A stretch of DNA of 64,000 nucleotides from an uncultured candidate division Zixibacteria bacterium (GTDB lineage: Bacteria; Zixibacteria; MSB-5A5; GN15; PGXB01), in contig OY969724.1 in assembly GCA_963702205.1 (NCBI GenBank), positions 3,840,001 through 3,904,000 of the forward strand, in the 5' to 3' direction. Positions within the stretch are counted from its first letter, which is position 1. Each line of letters starts with the position of its first letter. This document shows, in pieces, positions 1 to 11,431 of this stretch. The notes below the pieces were generated by a model. The model was not told the origin of the DNA. It made no database searches and was given only the letters and a program-made list of their open reading frames with translations. The position numbers were made by a program, and so were the translations under genes.

Positions 1-2182
1 AATACTCCGGATGGCTTGAGGCGGAGACAGATATTGGCAATACGGTTCCATTAATGGCAATGGTTGAAAGATTAACGTCCTCATGATACAAATCATACCG
101 GATGTTTCCTCCCCAATAAATAGAAACAACTGTGTCAGGGTAGGTATAGGCATAAATGGCACGAAGCGTATCGGGCTGAGCATCAATTAAATAGTATGGA
201 ATAGCCCCGACGTCATTCCTTGTCCCGTCGGGGTCGTTATATTCTGTGTCCGGCGAGCCGGCATCGATCAACGGGGAGCCATATTTTAGGGCAAAATCAT
301 CATTGAGAGTATCCCTGAACATTGGTTCGACCGAAAAATCCGTCTCCCCGGGTTCAACATATGAATAGTCAAAATCATTGTTCCATACGTTGTTATAATA
401 CAAATCAAAGTACGCAAATACTCCTCGAAAGCAACTGGAAATGGTATTATTTGTGGCGATCGGTGACCCTATAGAAGCCAAGTCGGAAATCGTTGAAGTA
501 TATTGAAAAGTGTTATTCAGTATTCTTGTTTCTGAATCAGGATCAAGCATTCTTATACACGCATATCCGCTGTTATAATGAAATACGTTTCTGGTAATAA
601 ACGGAGTAGCACCGTGATCCACTGTAATGACATACTTTCCACTTGAGCCAATTAAATTATCGAAAAAATAATTATTCTTTATCGTAGGGACAGCCCCGGA
701 ATCGATAACTATAGCCACCGTCGACATATATGCATGCGCAATTGTAAAGCCCGATAATTCCGCCAATGGACCCTCGTGTTTGTTGAAAGTTATAAACGTC
801 GTATCGCTAAATTCAGGTGTTAATATTGTAGAATCCGGTCCCCACCAGCCAATGACCTTTATCTCTTTTCCAAGATAATCCAGATTTTCAATATAAGTTC
901 CGGGCATTACCAAAATCGAATCGCCTCTTACAGAATATTCAATGGCATCCTGAATTTTAGACTTTTCGACCGGCACTATAATGTCGGCATCATCGCGGTA
1001 ATAGAACCAATTTTCCTGCCAGTCACCCCAATTTATGCCATTATTTACTCGCACTCGGACAAAGTATTTATAATGATCATCTAATGTTGTACCGCCGTAT
1101 GTAATTTCGGTGTCTGAAGAATATACCGGTCCCGGATCCCACATTTCAGCGGTTGACCAATCGTCGTCACTTCCAACCTGGATCTGATATTGAGTCTGGT
1201 ATAAACCTGATGTATCGTGAAATGTCCAATAGAATTCCGGCGGCTGGCCGGTTATGATCTGTTCGAATTGCAGGTCCCCGTAATTCAATAAATAGGCAAA
1301 AGGCAGTTCCCTATAATAAAACAGAGCCCCGATATCATTTCTGGTCCCATCGGGATCGTTATATTGTGGGTCAGGATTCCCGGCATCGATACACGGAGAA
1401 TACGGCAACAAATTGTAAGTATTGGCATCCACCATAGGATCAGTAATAGTATCGTGCGCACCGGCGGACGCATAATTCGTATAATTATACTGATTATTCC
1501 AGAATATATTATAGTCGATTGTCTCGACCATGCCGGAAATTCCATAAGTCAGTGAATTCATAAAAATATTATTTAGTATGGTCCCGCCGTAATTAAAGAC
1601 CGATATCAATGAATTAATACATGAAATATTATTATCGAAGGTATTATTGAGAATTTTGGCGTTGGCTGCACTGCTCGATATGGTGATACACGGTCCCCCG
1701 AGATTATCGGAAAAAATGTTATTTCTTATTACAGCGTCAGTATTCCCACAATAAATTATTCCTCCCGTCGGCATTTCGGCTTTCACGCTGGGGACAAGTT
1801 TATTGAACTCTATAGTGGGAGAAGCCCCATTGCCAATCACTATAGTATATTGTGAATAGCCGCCCAGGATTTTGAAGCCCTGAACTATTGTGCCGGGTCC
1901 TTCGCCGTTTGCAATATATATCGTATTGTAATTGCCGTTGGCAGGAATTAATATAGTAGATGAATATCCACCTGAGCTTAACAAGACGATTTCTTTGCCC
2001 AAAAGGTCTAAATTCTCTATGTATGTTCCGGGAGCAACCAGGACCGTATCCAAATCATAAGCGGAATTTATGCCATCCTGAATAGTTGGCTGATCGGCAG
2101 GGATATTGATTGTTGCCGAATGCAGGCAGACCGGTAAGAAAATAGACATTGCTATAATGATTTTAAAAGCCTTGGATTTCAT
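1..2182 (-). CDS. Exported right-handed parallel beta-helix protein, at least two modules plus an FN3-like linker; 3' end outside the window
   Basis: Not in the ORF track; hand-translated from ATG at 2182 with GGAGGG RBS: MKSKAFKIIIAMSIFLPVCLHSATINIPADQPTIQDGINSAYDLDTVLVAPGTYIENLD. Open to the window edge, with two SP(C/L)IDAGxPDxxYNDPDGTRND(I/V)GA motifs like 32701-36729. Confidence 0.85.
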   Translation of the reverse strand, partial: MKSKAFKIIIAMSIFLPVCLHSATINIPADQPTIQDGINSAYDLDTVLVAPGTYIENLDLLGKEIVLLSSGGYSSTILIPANGNYNTIYIANGEGPGTIVQGFKILGGYSQYTIVIGNGASPTIEFNKLVPSVKAEMPTGGIIYCGNTDAVIRNNIFSDNLGGPCITISSSAANAKILNNTFDNNISCINSLISVFNYGGTILNNIFMNSLTYGISGMVETIDYNIFWNNQYNYTNYASAGAHDTITDPMVDANTYNLLPYSPCIDAGNPDPQYNDPDGTRNDIGALFYYRELPFAYLLNYGDLQFEQIITGQPPEFYWTFHDTSGLYQTQYQIQVGSDDDWSTAEMWDPGPVYSSDTEITYGGTTLDDHYKYFVRVRVNNGINWGDWQENWFYYRDDADIIVPVEKSKIQDAIEYSVRGDSILVMPGTYIENLDYLGKEIKVIGWWGPDSTILTPEFSDTTFITFNKHEGPLAELSGFTIAHAYMSTVAIVIDSGAVPTIKNNYFFDNLIGSSGKYVITVDHGATPFITRNVFHYNSGYACIRMLDPDSETRILNNTFQYTSTISDLASIGSPIATNNTISSCFRGVFAYFDLYYNNVWNNDFDYSYVEPGETDFSVEPMFRDTLNDDFALKYGSPLIDAGSPDTEYNDPDGTRNDVGAIPYYLIDAQPDTLRAIYAYTYPDTVVSIYWGGNIRYDLYHEDVNLSTIAINGTVLPISVSASSHPEY

Positions 2183-2383
2183 GACGCCCTCCGATCATAA
2201 TATGGTCTGTCTTAGCAGTAATTTTGATTAATAAAATATAGCTCAATTTCCTTTATTGTCAAGAATACAGATGCTTGCATTCTTCCTAAATTGATCCCCT
2301 TATCGCAGGCAATGAGTTACAATCATTTCTGATGCAATATCTTTATCACACGACTTCTTTGCTTTGTAGGCCCGCCATATAGT

Positions 2384-2420
2384 GGCTGGGTCGCCCACAG
2401 CTTGCTGTGGGATTCTCCGA
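2384..2420 (+). repeat. REP-like palindromic repeat, copy 1 of an exact 37-bp direct repeat
   Basis: GGCTGGGTCGCCCACAGCTTGCTGTGGGATTCTCCGA, identical at 2730-2766; internal hairpin CCCACAGC-TT-GCTGTGGG. Confidence 0.8.
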
Positions 2421-2729
2421 ATTAATTTTCAACCCCCGACATAGAATATTGGGCCACCCCGCCTACATAACTCCCAGGAGATTTAATATTTTCTCCCATT
2501 CAGAATCACTGCAATGATGATATAAATCTCCATGAGGTATATTTAGCTTAATCGTTTTATCTGATTTACTTAATGCTACACCAAAATTAAGGCCTGTTTC
2601 TCCAAGCAAATCCAGTATCATGTCTAAAGATGCGTCCATTCCATATCCATCATGTTTCTTTCGCCATGCAATAGGATGACCACAATATGGTTTGATTTTT
2701 TTACTGAATATCACCTTTCCTCCATATTC

Positions 2730-2766
2730 GGCTGGGTCGCCCACAGCTTGCTGTGGGATTCTCCGA
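2730..2766 (+). repeat. REP-like palindromic repeat, copy 2
   Basis: Identical to 2384-2420. Confidence 0.8.
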
Positions 2767-2850
2767 TTTATATACTCATGTTCATAATTCATATTGATCC
2801 ATCTGCAATGGGATTTCACGTTTACCGTGATACCAATTGTAACTTGGTCC

Positions 2851-2878
2851 GGGTGGCCCACCCTTTAGGGTGGGTTTC
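2851..2878 (+). repeat. REP-like palindromic repeat, diverged copy 3
   Basis: GGGTGGCCCACCCT-TT-AGGGTGGGTTTC: same flanks as copies 1 and 2, with compensatory stem changes. Confidence 0.65.
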
Positions 2879-3300
2879 CTGAACACAACATCATCTATTA
2901 GTAAATACTTTCTGCTTTGATTACCGCACAATCCCGCGAACCCCCGATTTTGTCGATTTTGATCCTTAAATATATATACATATTTTCATCAAAATAACCA
3001 ACCCCAAAATCCCACCTAAATCGAAGGCAAATCTGCCAGTCTCTCTATATTGGAGGCTACAATTATGTGTGATAAAGCCAAAAATTTAATTATCCCAAAT
3101 TACCCAGTTGTAATGTGCGTGGCAGATGTCCTCAGACCTTCTGATCTTTTGAATGATCTGCCCGAGCGCTTGAATAATCCGAACTGTTATGAAAAAAAAT
3201 AAAAAAAACGAAATTCGAACCCATTTTGCCATAACCTCAACGACCAATGCATGTTACAAGGATTTATGGATTGAGTTATCTACTATTGCAAACGCCAAAT

Positions 3301-3331
3301 AAAAACCCCGGTCGATCGTGCAACCGGGGTT
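3301..3331 (-). terminator. Rho-independent terminator of the C10 peptidase gene
   Basis: AACCCCGGT/ACCGGGGTT stem followed by a T-run on the minus strand, about 30 nt after the stop. Confidence 0.75.
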
Positions 3332-3360
3332 GGTATTTGTCTATGACTAAAATGTCTGCA

Positions 3361-5466
3361 CTAATGCAGCAGACAGTCGAGACTGCTCGGCTTGTTGTAG
3401 ATATAATCGATCAGACTCAATATATCGAGCAGGTTTATCGAGCCGTCCATATTGACATCGCCCGCCTCGAACGGAGTCGGATCGCTGCCGCCGTCGTACA
3501 CGGCGTTGATAAGGTACAAAATGTCGAGCAGGTTGCATTCATCATCGTCGTTGGCGTCGCCGCAAATCAGATCGGTCTTGACAAGCCCGTCGGTGGCGGA
3601 AACCCCGTAGGAATAAATCGTACTGTATATATCGCCGTAGAAAGTCGGCATGTACGTACTATATCCGTCGACCAGAATATCCGAGCGCGCACCCTCGGCG
3701 ACACTATCCGGCACCGTGAAAAACACCTTCAAGACAAGACCCGATCCAGGAGCGACATCCTCGGTCCAGGAAGCGGCGTTCTGGCGCGCCTGCAGGGAGA
3801 CGGTGACGCGGCTGTTATATGTGTCCGAATGCTTGAGCGTCTGTTTTTCGAAACCGGCGGTGCGACACCCGGCGGTCGAGAACGAATCGTAAACCAGCAA
3901 AGCATCACCGCCATATTCAATCGGGATCACAACTTGCGACAGCGGCTCGGAATTATGCGCCGAAATATCGACTTCCACCGTCTGCCCCGGATCGGTTTTG
4001 CTGGTCCCGACCATAAGGGAATCTTTTATGGCATATATGAAGGACGTTCTTGTCTTCGTCCGGCTGCCCTGATCGTGGTTGATGCTCAGGGTGACGTCGA
4101 AGCACCCGGCTTTGTTGTACGTGTGTGCCGGGCTTTGCTCGGTCGACGTCGTGCCGTCTCCGAAATCCCACTGCCACGACGAAACATTGCGGTCGGACAT
4201 ACCGGTAAACTGGATGTCGAGCGGCACGTGGCCCGAAATGGTATCGGCATAAAACATAATTTCTTTGTCGGGAATAATATGGTTGTACATGCGCTCGATC
4301 ATGAAAGTGCAGCCGTCCCACGGGCAGTACAGATTATCCATGGCGTACCAGGTGGTCTGTTGTCCACCCCAGCCATAGTTGAAATGATAATACGACAAAT
4401 CCTCGGCCGTCTGCCAGCCGTCGGCAACAATACAATGGCTGTAGATCGTGTACAGCACGGGCAGCCCCTGATCGATATCGGCTTTCAACGTATCGAACCA
4501 CTGGAAAGCTATGAAGTCGGAGCGGATGTATTCCTGTATGATATTTTGATAGCCGTAATAGCTGGCATAAATTCCCCGACTGCCGCTCGTATATGCGCCC
4601 GAACCGCAGCGACCATACATCATGCTGAAAGCGACTCCCATCTCCTCGCTGATCTCGGCCAGGTTATGCACCGACCAGGTATAATCATACGTATCCGAAA
4701 AATTGGCGGCCAGCATCATCGGCGGCGTCGCGCCGTTGCAGGAATTATCGCCATCCCAAAGATATTTTTTCCCGCTGAATCCGGCCGGGGGCCATTGATG
4801 GTACCATTGAATCTGGGCCGCGGCGGTTGCCACACAGCCCACGACGCACCGACCGCCGTCGCCCATCGGGCAATATGTATTGTATGGCCCGCTCTGGTGC
4901 CAGGCCGTTTCCAATAGCGGCCCGACCGATGTAATTGCTGCGGCGTCGGCCTTTTCGGCAAGGGTCGTCTTGAATTCATTGGGGCTGATGTCGAATTCAT
5001 CCCAGGCGTGACGATTTTTCGGGTCGAACATGTTTTCCGATTTGCTGGACTGGTCGGCGTCGAGGCTGCCGTAATAACTTGCGTAATTTTCCATACGGTT
5101 GGCAAGCACGTCTTTCAAAAGCGCCCCGATTCCTTCCGGGGCATCCAGATCGAGATTGCATTTCATGGAATAGGCTTTGATCGGCGGGAGTTCCTTCAGC
5201 GACGGCACGACCACGAAACCGATCGGGTCGATCGAGTAACAGCGTCCCAGAAATTGCCCGTCGCGGGAAATATCGGTCACGGCCGTCACCTGCGGAGCGG
5301 CGGATTTATCCCACGCTCCCTCGTAAAACACATAGTAGTCCAGCCAGTTGTTGCAGACGTTATCCATTTCCTGGACGGTGGCGCGTTCGGCCCTGAGTGA
5401 CGTGCCCAGGAAAAGAAGAGCGGTGATTGCCAATACACATACCGACATTATCCTTAATTTTCTCAT
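3361..5466 (-). CDS. Exported C10 (streptopain/SpeB-family) cysteine peptidase with propeptide, PKD, cohesin-like and dockerin-like domains
   Basis: Signal peptide; [18 protein letters not shown] (catalytic Cys), HCIVADGW (His) and [12 protein letters not shown] motif WQWDFGDG; C-terminal [16 protein letters not shown] repeat. Confidence 0.9.
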   Translation of the reverse strand: MRKLRIMSVCVLAITALLFLGTSLRAERATVQEMDNVCNNWLDYYVFYEGAWDKSAAPQVTAVTDISRDGQFLGRCYSIDPIGFVVVPSLKELPPIKAYSMKCNLDLDAPEGIGALLKDVLANRMENYASYYGSLDADQSSKSENMFDPKNRHAWDEFDISPNEFKTTLAEKADAAAITSVGPLLETAWHQSGPYNTYCPMGDGGRCVVGCVATAAAQIQWYHQWPPAGFSGKKYLWDGDNSCNGATPPMMLAANFSDTYDYTWSVHNLAEISEEMGVAFSMMYGRCGSGAYTSGSRGIYASYYGYQNIIQEYIRSDFIAFQWFDTLKADIDQGLPVLYTIYSHCIVADGWQTAEDLSYYHFNYGWGGQQTTWYAMDNLYCPWDGCTFMIERMYNHIIPDKEIMFYADTISGHVPLDIQFTGMSDRNVSSWQWDFGDGTTSTEQSPAHTYNKAGCFDVTLSINHDQGSRTKTRTSFIYAIKDSLMVGTSKTDPGQTVEVDISAHNSEPLSQVVIPIEYGGDALLVYDSFSTAGCRTAGFEKQTLKHSDTYNSRVTVSLQARQNAASWTEDVAPGSGLVLKVFFTVPDSVAEGARSDILVDGYSTYMPTFYGDIYSTIYSYGVSATDGLVKTDLICGDANDDDECNLLDILYLINAVYDGGSDPTPFEAGDVNMDGSINLLDILSLIDYIYNKPSSLDCLLH

Positions 5467-5732
5467 CTCAGCCTTTCCCCGATTAATTTATTTACTGCTG
5501 CCAACAGTGAGGTGTATGCGCTACGGTCATATTGGTGGCCCGTCCATGATCACGGCTGGCGGCCCGGTCGTGACGGTTTATTTTTCTGTCGTTCAATCTT
5601 TTATAATTTACGACAGAATCGAATTTTGTCAACAAAATCCCTGATAAATTATATAAAACCAGTCCATATTTGAAACGGTCAAAAAAAGCCGCCGATAATA
5701 AAATCGACGGCTTCTGCGGAATTTTACCGCGA

Positions 5733-6302
5733 TTATTTGGCCATATCGGCCAGTTTCTTATAATCGACCAGCTTAAGCAGGTTGGAAAGATCGTCCTGAG
5801 AAACATTATCGTCGCCTTCGGCGGTCACCAGAACTCTTTTCGAAACCAGAGAAATAACCTGAACTCCGGTAACCTTATTGTCATCCTTGGTATAAATCAG
5901 CTTCGACGGAAATCCCTGGACCTCGGTCGACTTGACCGATCCCTCGGGCGAATCGTATTCCATCTGCATCATGAACGGCGTCATCAGAAACTGATTAAAA
6001 CCGGTATCCAGAATGTGCAGGTTGATGACTTTTTTGTCCTTGGTGGTGTAGGAGCGTGAGGCCGATGAATAACTGAACATATTTTGCGGGTTGGTCGGAT
6101 CGGCCATGGACATGGTGCCGCCGTCGAGTTTGCTTACTTCCATCCCTTCCACTTTTTCCGGCAGCAGTTTGGCCAGGTCGTTCCAGTCGATTGCCTTAAC
6201 CGCCTGCAGCTCTTTGGACAGGTCTTTTTGTTCATCTGTCGCGTAGACGGCCCCGGCTAAAAAGATTAAAAGCACCGCGAACAGGCTGATAGTCCTGAAC
6301 AT
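5733..6302 (-). CDS. Exported hypothetical protein
   Basis: Signal peptide MFRTISLFAVLLIFLAGAVYA; AGGAAG RBS; 189 aa. Confidence 0.75.
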   Translation of the reverse strand: MFRTISLFAVLLIFLAGAVYATDEQKDLSKELQAVKAIDWNDLAKLLPEKVEGMEVSKLDGGTMSMADPTNPQNMFSYSSASRSYTTKDKKVINLHILDTGFNQFLMTPFMMQMEYDSPEGSVKSTEVQGFPSKLIYTKDDNKVTGVQVISLVSKRVLVTAEGDDNVSQDDLSNLLKLVDYKKLADMAK

Positions 6303-6397
6303 TTGATCTTCCTTTGTTAAATGTTAATCCTATTACGTTAAAAAGCTAAAAAGGATAATGGTCTGTGGCAACAAAAATATGCCTGTTTTGGAGTCCG

Positions 6398-7177
6398 TCA
6401 GACCAGTCTGCGGACATAATTTTCGAGACCGAGAAGCATCAGGGCCGAGATAATTATGACGGCGATTAGAATATAGCGCACGAACGGCGCTCCTTTTTGA
6501 ATCGCCATGCGGGCCGCGACCCAGGCGCCGAGCATATTGCCGACGGCCAACACGAGGCCCATTACCCAGTTGACCTGATCGTTGAGGATAAAGACGACCA
6601 GCGCGAAAGTGGTGAAACAAAGGACCACGAAATTCTTGAAAGCGTTCGCCCGTACCAGTTCATACCCGGCGCTTAGGACCAGGCCCGCCAAAAGAAATAT
6701 CCCGACTCCGGCCTGAATAAATCCGCCATATATGCCAATGCCGAAAAATGTCAGCATCTGCAGCCAGCCCGGACGCCTGTCGAGCGCGTCGGTTCGGCCT
6801 TGCAGCCAGCGCCGGGGCTTGACGATTACAACCGCGAGCATGATGACCATAAGAAAGCCGATAATTTTGCGCATGACAAGCTCATTGAGATCGGCCGCAA
6901 TCTGGGCCCCGATAATCGCTCCCAGAACAGCCGGAAGGGTCAAATAGGCGACCCGGCGCAGGTCGAGTTTATTTTCTTTTTTGAATTTCCCGACCGCCAC
7001 CGAACATTGCAGCAGAACCGCCACGCGGTTGGTGCCGTTGGCGACGGTAGCCGGAAGGCCCGCGAAAATAAGCATCGGCAGGGTAATCAGCGAACCGCTC
7101 CCGGCCAGGGTATTGATAAACCCGGCCAGAAAGCCGGCGGCGATTACGAGCGGATATATATACCATTCCAAATTCAT
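6398..7177 (-). CDS. TauE/SafE (TSUP) family membrane transporter
   Basis: AGFINTLAGSGSLITLP, ANGTNR and GIYGGFIQAGVG motifs; about 8 TM helices; likely start MNLEWY at 7177. Confidence 0.9.
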   Translation of the reverse strand: MNLEWYIYPLVIAAGFLAGFINTLAGSGSLITLPMLIFAGLPATVANGTNRVAVLLQCSVAVGKFKKENKLDLRRVAYLTLPAVLGAIIGAQIAADLNELVMRKIIGFLMVIMLAVVIVKPRRWLQGRTDALDRRPGWLQMLTFFGIGIYGGFIQAGVGIFLLAGLVLSAGYELVRANAFKNFVVLCFTTFALVVFILNDQVNWVMGLVLAVGNMLGAWVAARMAIQKGAPFVRYILIAVIIISALMLLGLENYVRRLV

Positions 7178-7337
7178 GACATTCCCAAAAACGGCCCTAA
7201 GTATAAGCACAGAATCGGCCGTGTCAATCGTTATAAAATCCAATCATAAAATTACAACTTGCCAAAAATGTTCCACAATCGTTAATTCAGGTCCAAGGCT
7301 AACAAGGAAAAAACACGATGCATTTGAAAATCAATCT

Positions 7338-9370
7338 ATGAAAGCTCGCCGAAATCTATTTTCCGCACCGGCATTATATTCGCTCGGGACGGCGCTCATA
7401 CTAATTTTATTCCTGGCCGTCTGGCGCTGGATTCTCATGACTCTGGCCCACGGTACGACTCTCGGTATACCTTCGGGCATTTTATTCAAATCGTATCTGG
7501 TGGGCGTGCGTTTCGATTTTCGGGTGATCAGCATTATCTTGCTGCCGTTGTTTCTTCTCTCGACTCTGCCCGGTATTGATATCTCCCGCTCGAAGATCAC
7601 GCGCAGAATCGGCCTGGCTTATATTTCCGTAATGACGGCCTTCATGTTTCTGCTGCATATGGTTGAAATAGAGTTCTTCCTGTTTTTCAACACGCGCCTG
7701 AACGGGTCGGCTCTTATGTGGTTCGATACACCGGGCGATACCTTCGCCATGATATGGTCGAGCTACCCGGTGCTGCCGTACGTTCTTTTATATGTAACCC
7801 TGACCATCGCTTTCATTCTAACTGTCCGGGCCTATCTCGGCTGGGTCGTTCGCAGGATCGGGACGCTTTCGCTCCCGGTGAATCTGGCCTGGATTCCGAT
7901 CGTGCTGGTGGTTTTCGTTATGGGAGGCATCGGGCGAATATATAAAAACGCCCCGATGCGCTGGGGGATCGGTTACTTTTCCGAGTACAATTTCGCCAAC
8001 CAGCTTTCGCTCAATCCGACCGTGACGTTCATGCGCGATGTTTTCTACGACGCCCACAAGCGCGCACAGGTCAAGAAGCTGGTCGACCGATGGCATCAGG
8101 ACGGCGGCAAAGAGCTGGTCCGCACGATGCTGGACGCTCCGGCATCGCCGGACAGTGCCGGAGTATCGCAGAGGCTTTTGCGTCGCATTCATTTTGACAA
8201 ACAAAATCCCGATCCTCCCAATATCCTGCTCATAATGATGGAATCGTTCGGGTCGACCAAGATCGGGTGTCTGCTCAATGAATACCCGTACGATCTCTCC
8301 CCCGGTTTTGACTCGCTGGTGAAAAGCGGAATTCTTTTCACCCGCTTTTACACGTCGGCCACCCATACCGGCCCCGGGCTGTTCAATATCATGACCGGCA
8401 CTCCCCATATTTTCGCGAAGGTTATGTTCAAGCAGGTCGAGGGACATACCTCGTACAATGCTCTGCCGGAGATATTACGTCAGGTACCGGGTACCGGACG
8501 CTCTTTTTCACCACGCAGGATCCGCAATACGACAACATGCAGGGATTTTTGAGGGCCAACGGTATGATGGATATTTCGTCGGTCGAGGACTACGACGATT
8601 CCCTGGTGCTCAGCTGGCTGGGTGTCCCGGATCATGTCATGTTTGACTACGCCTACAATCGCCTTAAGAAGCTGGGGCACAGCGGCCAGAAATTTTTCGC
8701 GACCCTCCTTTCGACCTCCAATCATACGCCGTACGTTATCCCCGACGCTCCGTTTGAGCACGTCCCGGATTCGGAACCGCGCCACCGTGACCTCAATGCG
8801 ATGAAATATTCCGACTGGGCCATGACCCGGCTGGTGCGCAAGATCATGGCCGATCCCGATTTCGCCAATACGCTGATTCTGGTTACGGCCGACCAGGGCT
8901 TTAAATACGAGGCGACCAGCGAGCTGGACATCTCCATGTTGCAGGCCCCGCTATTCCTCTATAACACCGACGGGCACCTCCCGGCCGGAGTCCGGGACAA
9001 CCGGGTCGGCTGCCAGCTGGATTTCCTGCCAACCATTATGGGTCAGGTGCATCTTAATTACGATAATTATTCTTTCGGTAAGGACCTTCTCGATAGCCTC
9101 AGCCCGGTCGAAAATTATGCTTTCGCGACCAGTTGGTACAATATCGGGATCGTCGAGGATGACTATTTCTTCACGATGCATCTCGACAACGGCATCGGCT
9201 ACCTTTTCCGGCTGCCGGACAAGCAAACCGACCTGCTGTCCCAATATCCGAACCTCGCCGCCAGGATGAAACACGAGGCACTATCGATATACGAGACAGC
9301 CTTTTACGATCAGCAAATACCCATAAATCCCCATCATTATAAGACTATGGACCGGGTCGCGTCCAAATAA
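7338..9370 (+). pseudogene. LTA-synthase-like membrane sulfatase/phosphoglycerol transferase, frameshifted near 8485 (true lesion or sequencing error)
   Basis: Five N-terminal TM helices and PNILLIMMESF in one frame; the catalytic domain continues in another frame (YRTLFFTTQD..GVPDHVMF..STSNHTPY..TADQG..QLDFLPTI). Confidence 0.8.
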
Positions 9371-9509
9371 TCAGTTGCCAAATCGACCCGAATCGCGTTT
9401 ATTTAATTAGTTATAAATTAAGCCCACGATTTACCGGCCGAAAATATACTTAGATTCAATCAGTTACGATTTATGCGGTAATGGCCGTAATTAATTGCAG
9501 GAGCGGTAC

Positions 9510-10991
9510 GTGCCAAAGACGAAATTAAGATATATAGCTTTCTTTGTATTTGCCTTTGCCGCAATCGGTTTTCTGTATACGCCACCGGCGTTCTCCCAGG
9601 GTTCGATTTTCGGTGCCGTTCAGAATGCGGATATATCGGTTCCGGCCAATGGTGAAGTCATATTTTTTGGATATATAAACGGAACCGACGAAGAAATTCG
9701 CACGGAATCCTCCATCGGCGCCGGTTACGATAGCGGCAACTGGTTCGACGATTTTCAGAACTATCTCAATGAATCGGCGGGTCAACCGTATCAATATCGT
9801 TTTTATAATACTGCCAATGGCGAAGGCTTTATCCTGGATGAGATCATCCCGAATAACTCTTTCCAGCAGGAAAACGCGGCCCTGGCTGCAGTAAGTTGGC
9901 CCCCGGAGGCAAGCAATCCTTACGCCCTGCCTATATCAGAAAGCAAAATACTGATTGGCTGGGATGCCCTCCCCGATCATACTTTTCACATATACCGCCG
10001 TCGGAATATGTCGGGAGGGTCGTTTTACCGAATAGATGATCCTTCGGGCCTGCTATCCGACCCCGGTGTCAGCACGAATTATTTTATCGACTCCAATTCC
10101 GACGGCATTAGTACTTATGATTACGTGATTGTCGCCGAGGATGCTTCAGGCGAGCTCGCCGCCCATTCGGCGATGGTGACGGTCAATGCCCCCGCATTGA
10201 CGGCACCGGTGATCGACAACATAACCCCGTCCGTGGGATATACCACGGGCGGTACGGCCGTGACTATTTCCGGTTCGGGCTTTGATCCCGATGGCGCGGT
10301 GGTGGCAGTCGGTGCGAATGATTTGACCTCGGTGACAGTCGTCTCACCATTTACGATAACGGGTGAAACACCGGCCGGCGTTACCGGGGCGGCCGACGTG
10401 TCCGTGACCAATACTGCATCGGGCCTGACTTCGAATATCATGGCCGATGGATATACTTATGTCAGCAATGACAATATACCGCCGGTTCTGTACGGAACCG
10501 ACAATAAAAACGGCCTTACCGGTCAACTGCTGGAATTTTTAGTGTCCTCGGTCGATGCCGATGGTGACCAGGTTAATATCGCGGGGCGTCATCTTCCCGA
10601 CGGTGCGGTGGTCACATACGACGGCTTTAATTCCACCAGCGGGCATTATGAGGCGACCTTCTCATGGACTCCCGATATTTCCCAGTCCGGAGTACACGAT
10701 ACGATCGAAATACTGGCGTACGATTTACTGGATACGACCGCGACAATCGTGCCGGTCAGGATTTTCGACAACGGCTACGTGTGCGGTGACGCCGACGGCA
10801 ACTGGGTCTACAATCTACTTGATATAATTTATCTGATCGGATACAAATACAACGATCCACCCGGCCCGGCTCCGGAGCCGCTGCTTACTGGCGACGCCAA
10901 TGGCGACGGGAGCGTCAATCTGCTCGACATTCTGTATATGATAAAGTTCCTGTACGATGATCCTCCCGGTCCGGAACCGGTCTGCCCGTAA
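9510..10991 (+). CDS. Exported FN3/IPT-TIG/Ig-like protein with C-terminal dockerin-like domain
   Basis: GTG start after AGGAG; signal peptide; IPT motif PVIDNITPSVGYTTGGTAVTISGSGF; C-terminal CGDADGN..NLLDIIYLI and GDANGDGSVNLLDILY. Confidence 0.8.
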   Translation: MPKTKLRYIAFFVFAFAAIGFLYTPPAFSQGSIFGAVQNADISVPANGEVIFFGYINGTDEEIRTESSIGAGYDSGNWFDDFQNYLNESAGQPYQYRFYNTANGEGFILDEIIPNNSFQQENAALAAVSWPPEASNPYALPISESKILIGWDALPDHTFHIYRRRNMSGGSFYRIDDPSGLLSDPGVSTNYFIDSNSDGISTYDYVIVAEDASGELAAHSAMVTVNAPALTAPVIDNITPSVGYTTGGTAVTISGSGFDPDGAVVAVGANDLTSVTVVSPFTITGETPAGVTGAADVSVTNTASGLTSNIMADGYTYVSNDNIPPVLYGTDNKNGLTGQLLEFLVSSVDADGDQVNIAGRHLPDGAVVTYDGFNSTSGHYEATFSWTPDISQSGVHDTIEILAYDLLDTTATIVPVRIFDNGYVCGDADGNWVYNLLDIIYLIGYKYNDPPGPAPEPLLTGDANGDGSVNLLDILYMIKFLYDDPPGPEPVCP

Positions 10992-11431
10992 CTTCGTTTG
11001 TACTGTCGGTTTAAATAATTCTTGATTTTATTAATTATTCCCTTATTTTTGCAATTTAATTACAATGATATATTCAAATGTTGTTTGAAAGGCCAAAAAT
11101 CTGTAGTTCATCTCCAAAAAGGCTAAGAGAGTCTTTATATAGCTTTTATTGCAGAAAAATTGAACCGGAATTCCAAATTAAACGCCAGATATGGGAAAGA
11201 TTGTTTGAATCCTACCCATTACCCAATAAAAGACAACTTTCAGGCAATTTTAAGAATAAAGATGACGAACATCATTTGGGGGCAGTCTTCGAACTGTATT
11301 TATACCACCTATTTAGACATTTGGGTTGCAGTGTATCTTGCGGGGAAAATAAAAGCGGAGGTCCAGATTATATAATTAGCCATCAAAATTGTGAAAAGTT
11401 CTATTTAGAAGCAACATGCCAATTAGGCGAC

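Noticed and set aside
2463..2861. 132-aa minus-strand ORF as a real gene
   Set aside because: Starts within and reads through the repeats, with no RBS; only the AT-rich 3' part may be a gene remnant and no family was recognised.
2384..2878. 37-bp palindromic repeats as a CRISPR array or integron attC sites
   Set aside because: Only two exact copies 346 bp apart, irregular spacing, no cas or integrase gene, and no GTTRRRY/RYYYAAC boxes.
3121..3162. GGCAGAT..ATCTGCC inverted repeat
   Set aside because: Only 7 bp, single copy; no function can be supported.
3247..4917. 556-aa plus-strand ORF
   Set aside because: Antisense shadow of the well-supported C10 peptidase; no motifs.
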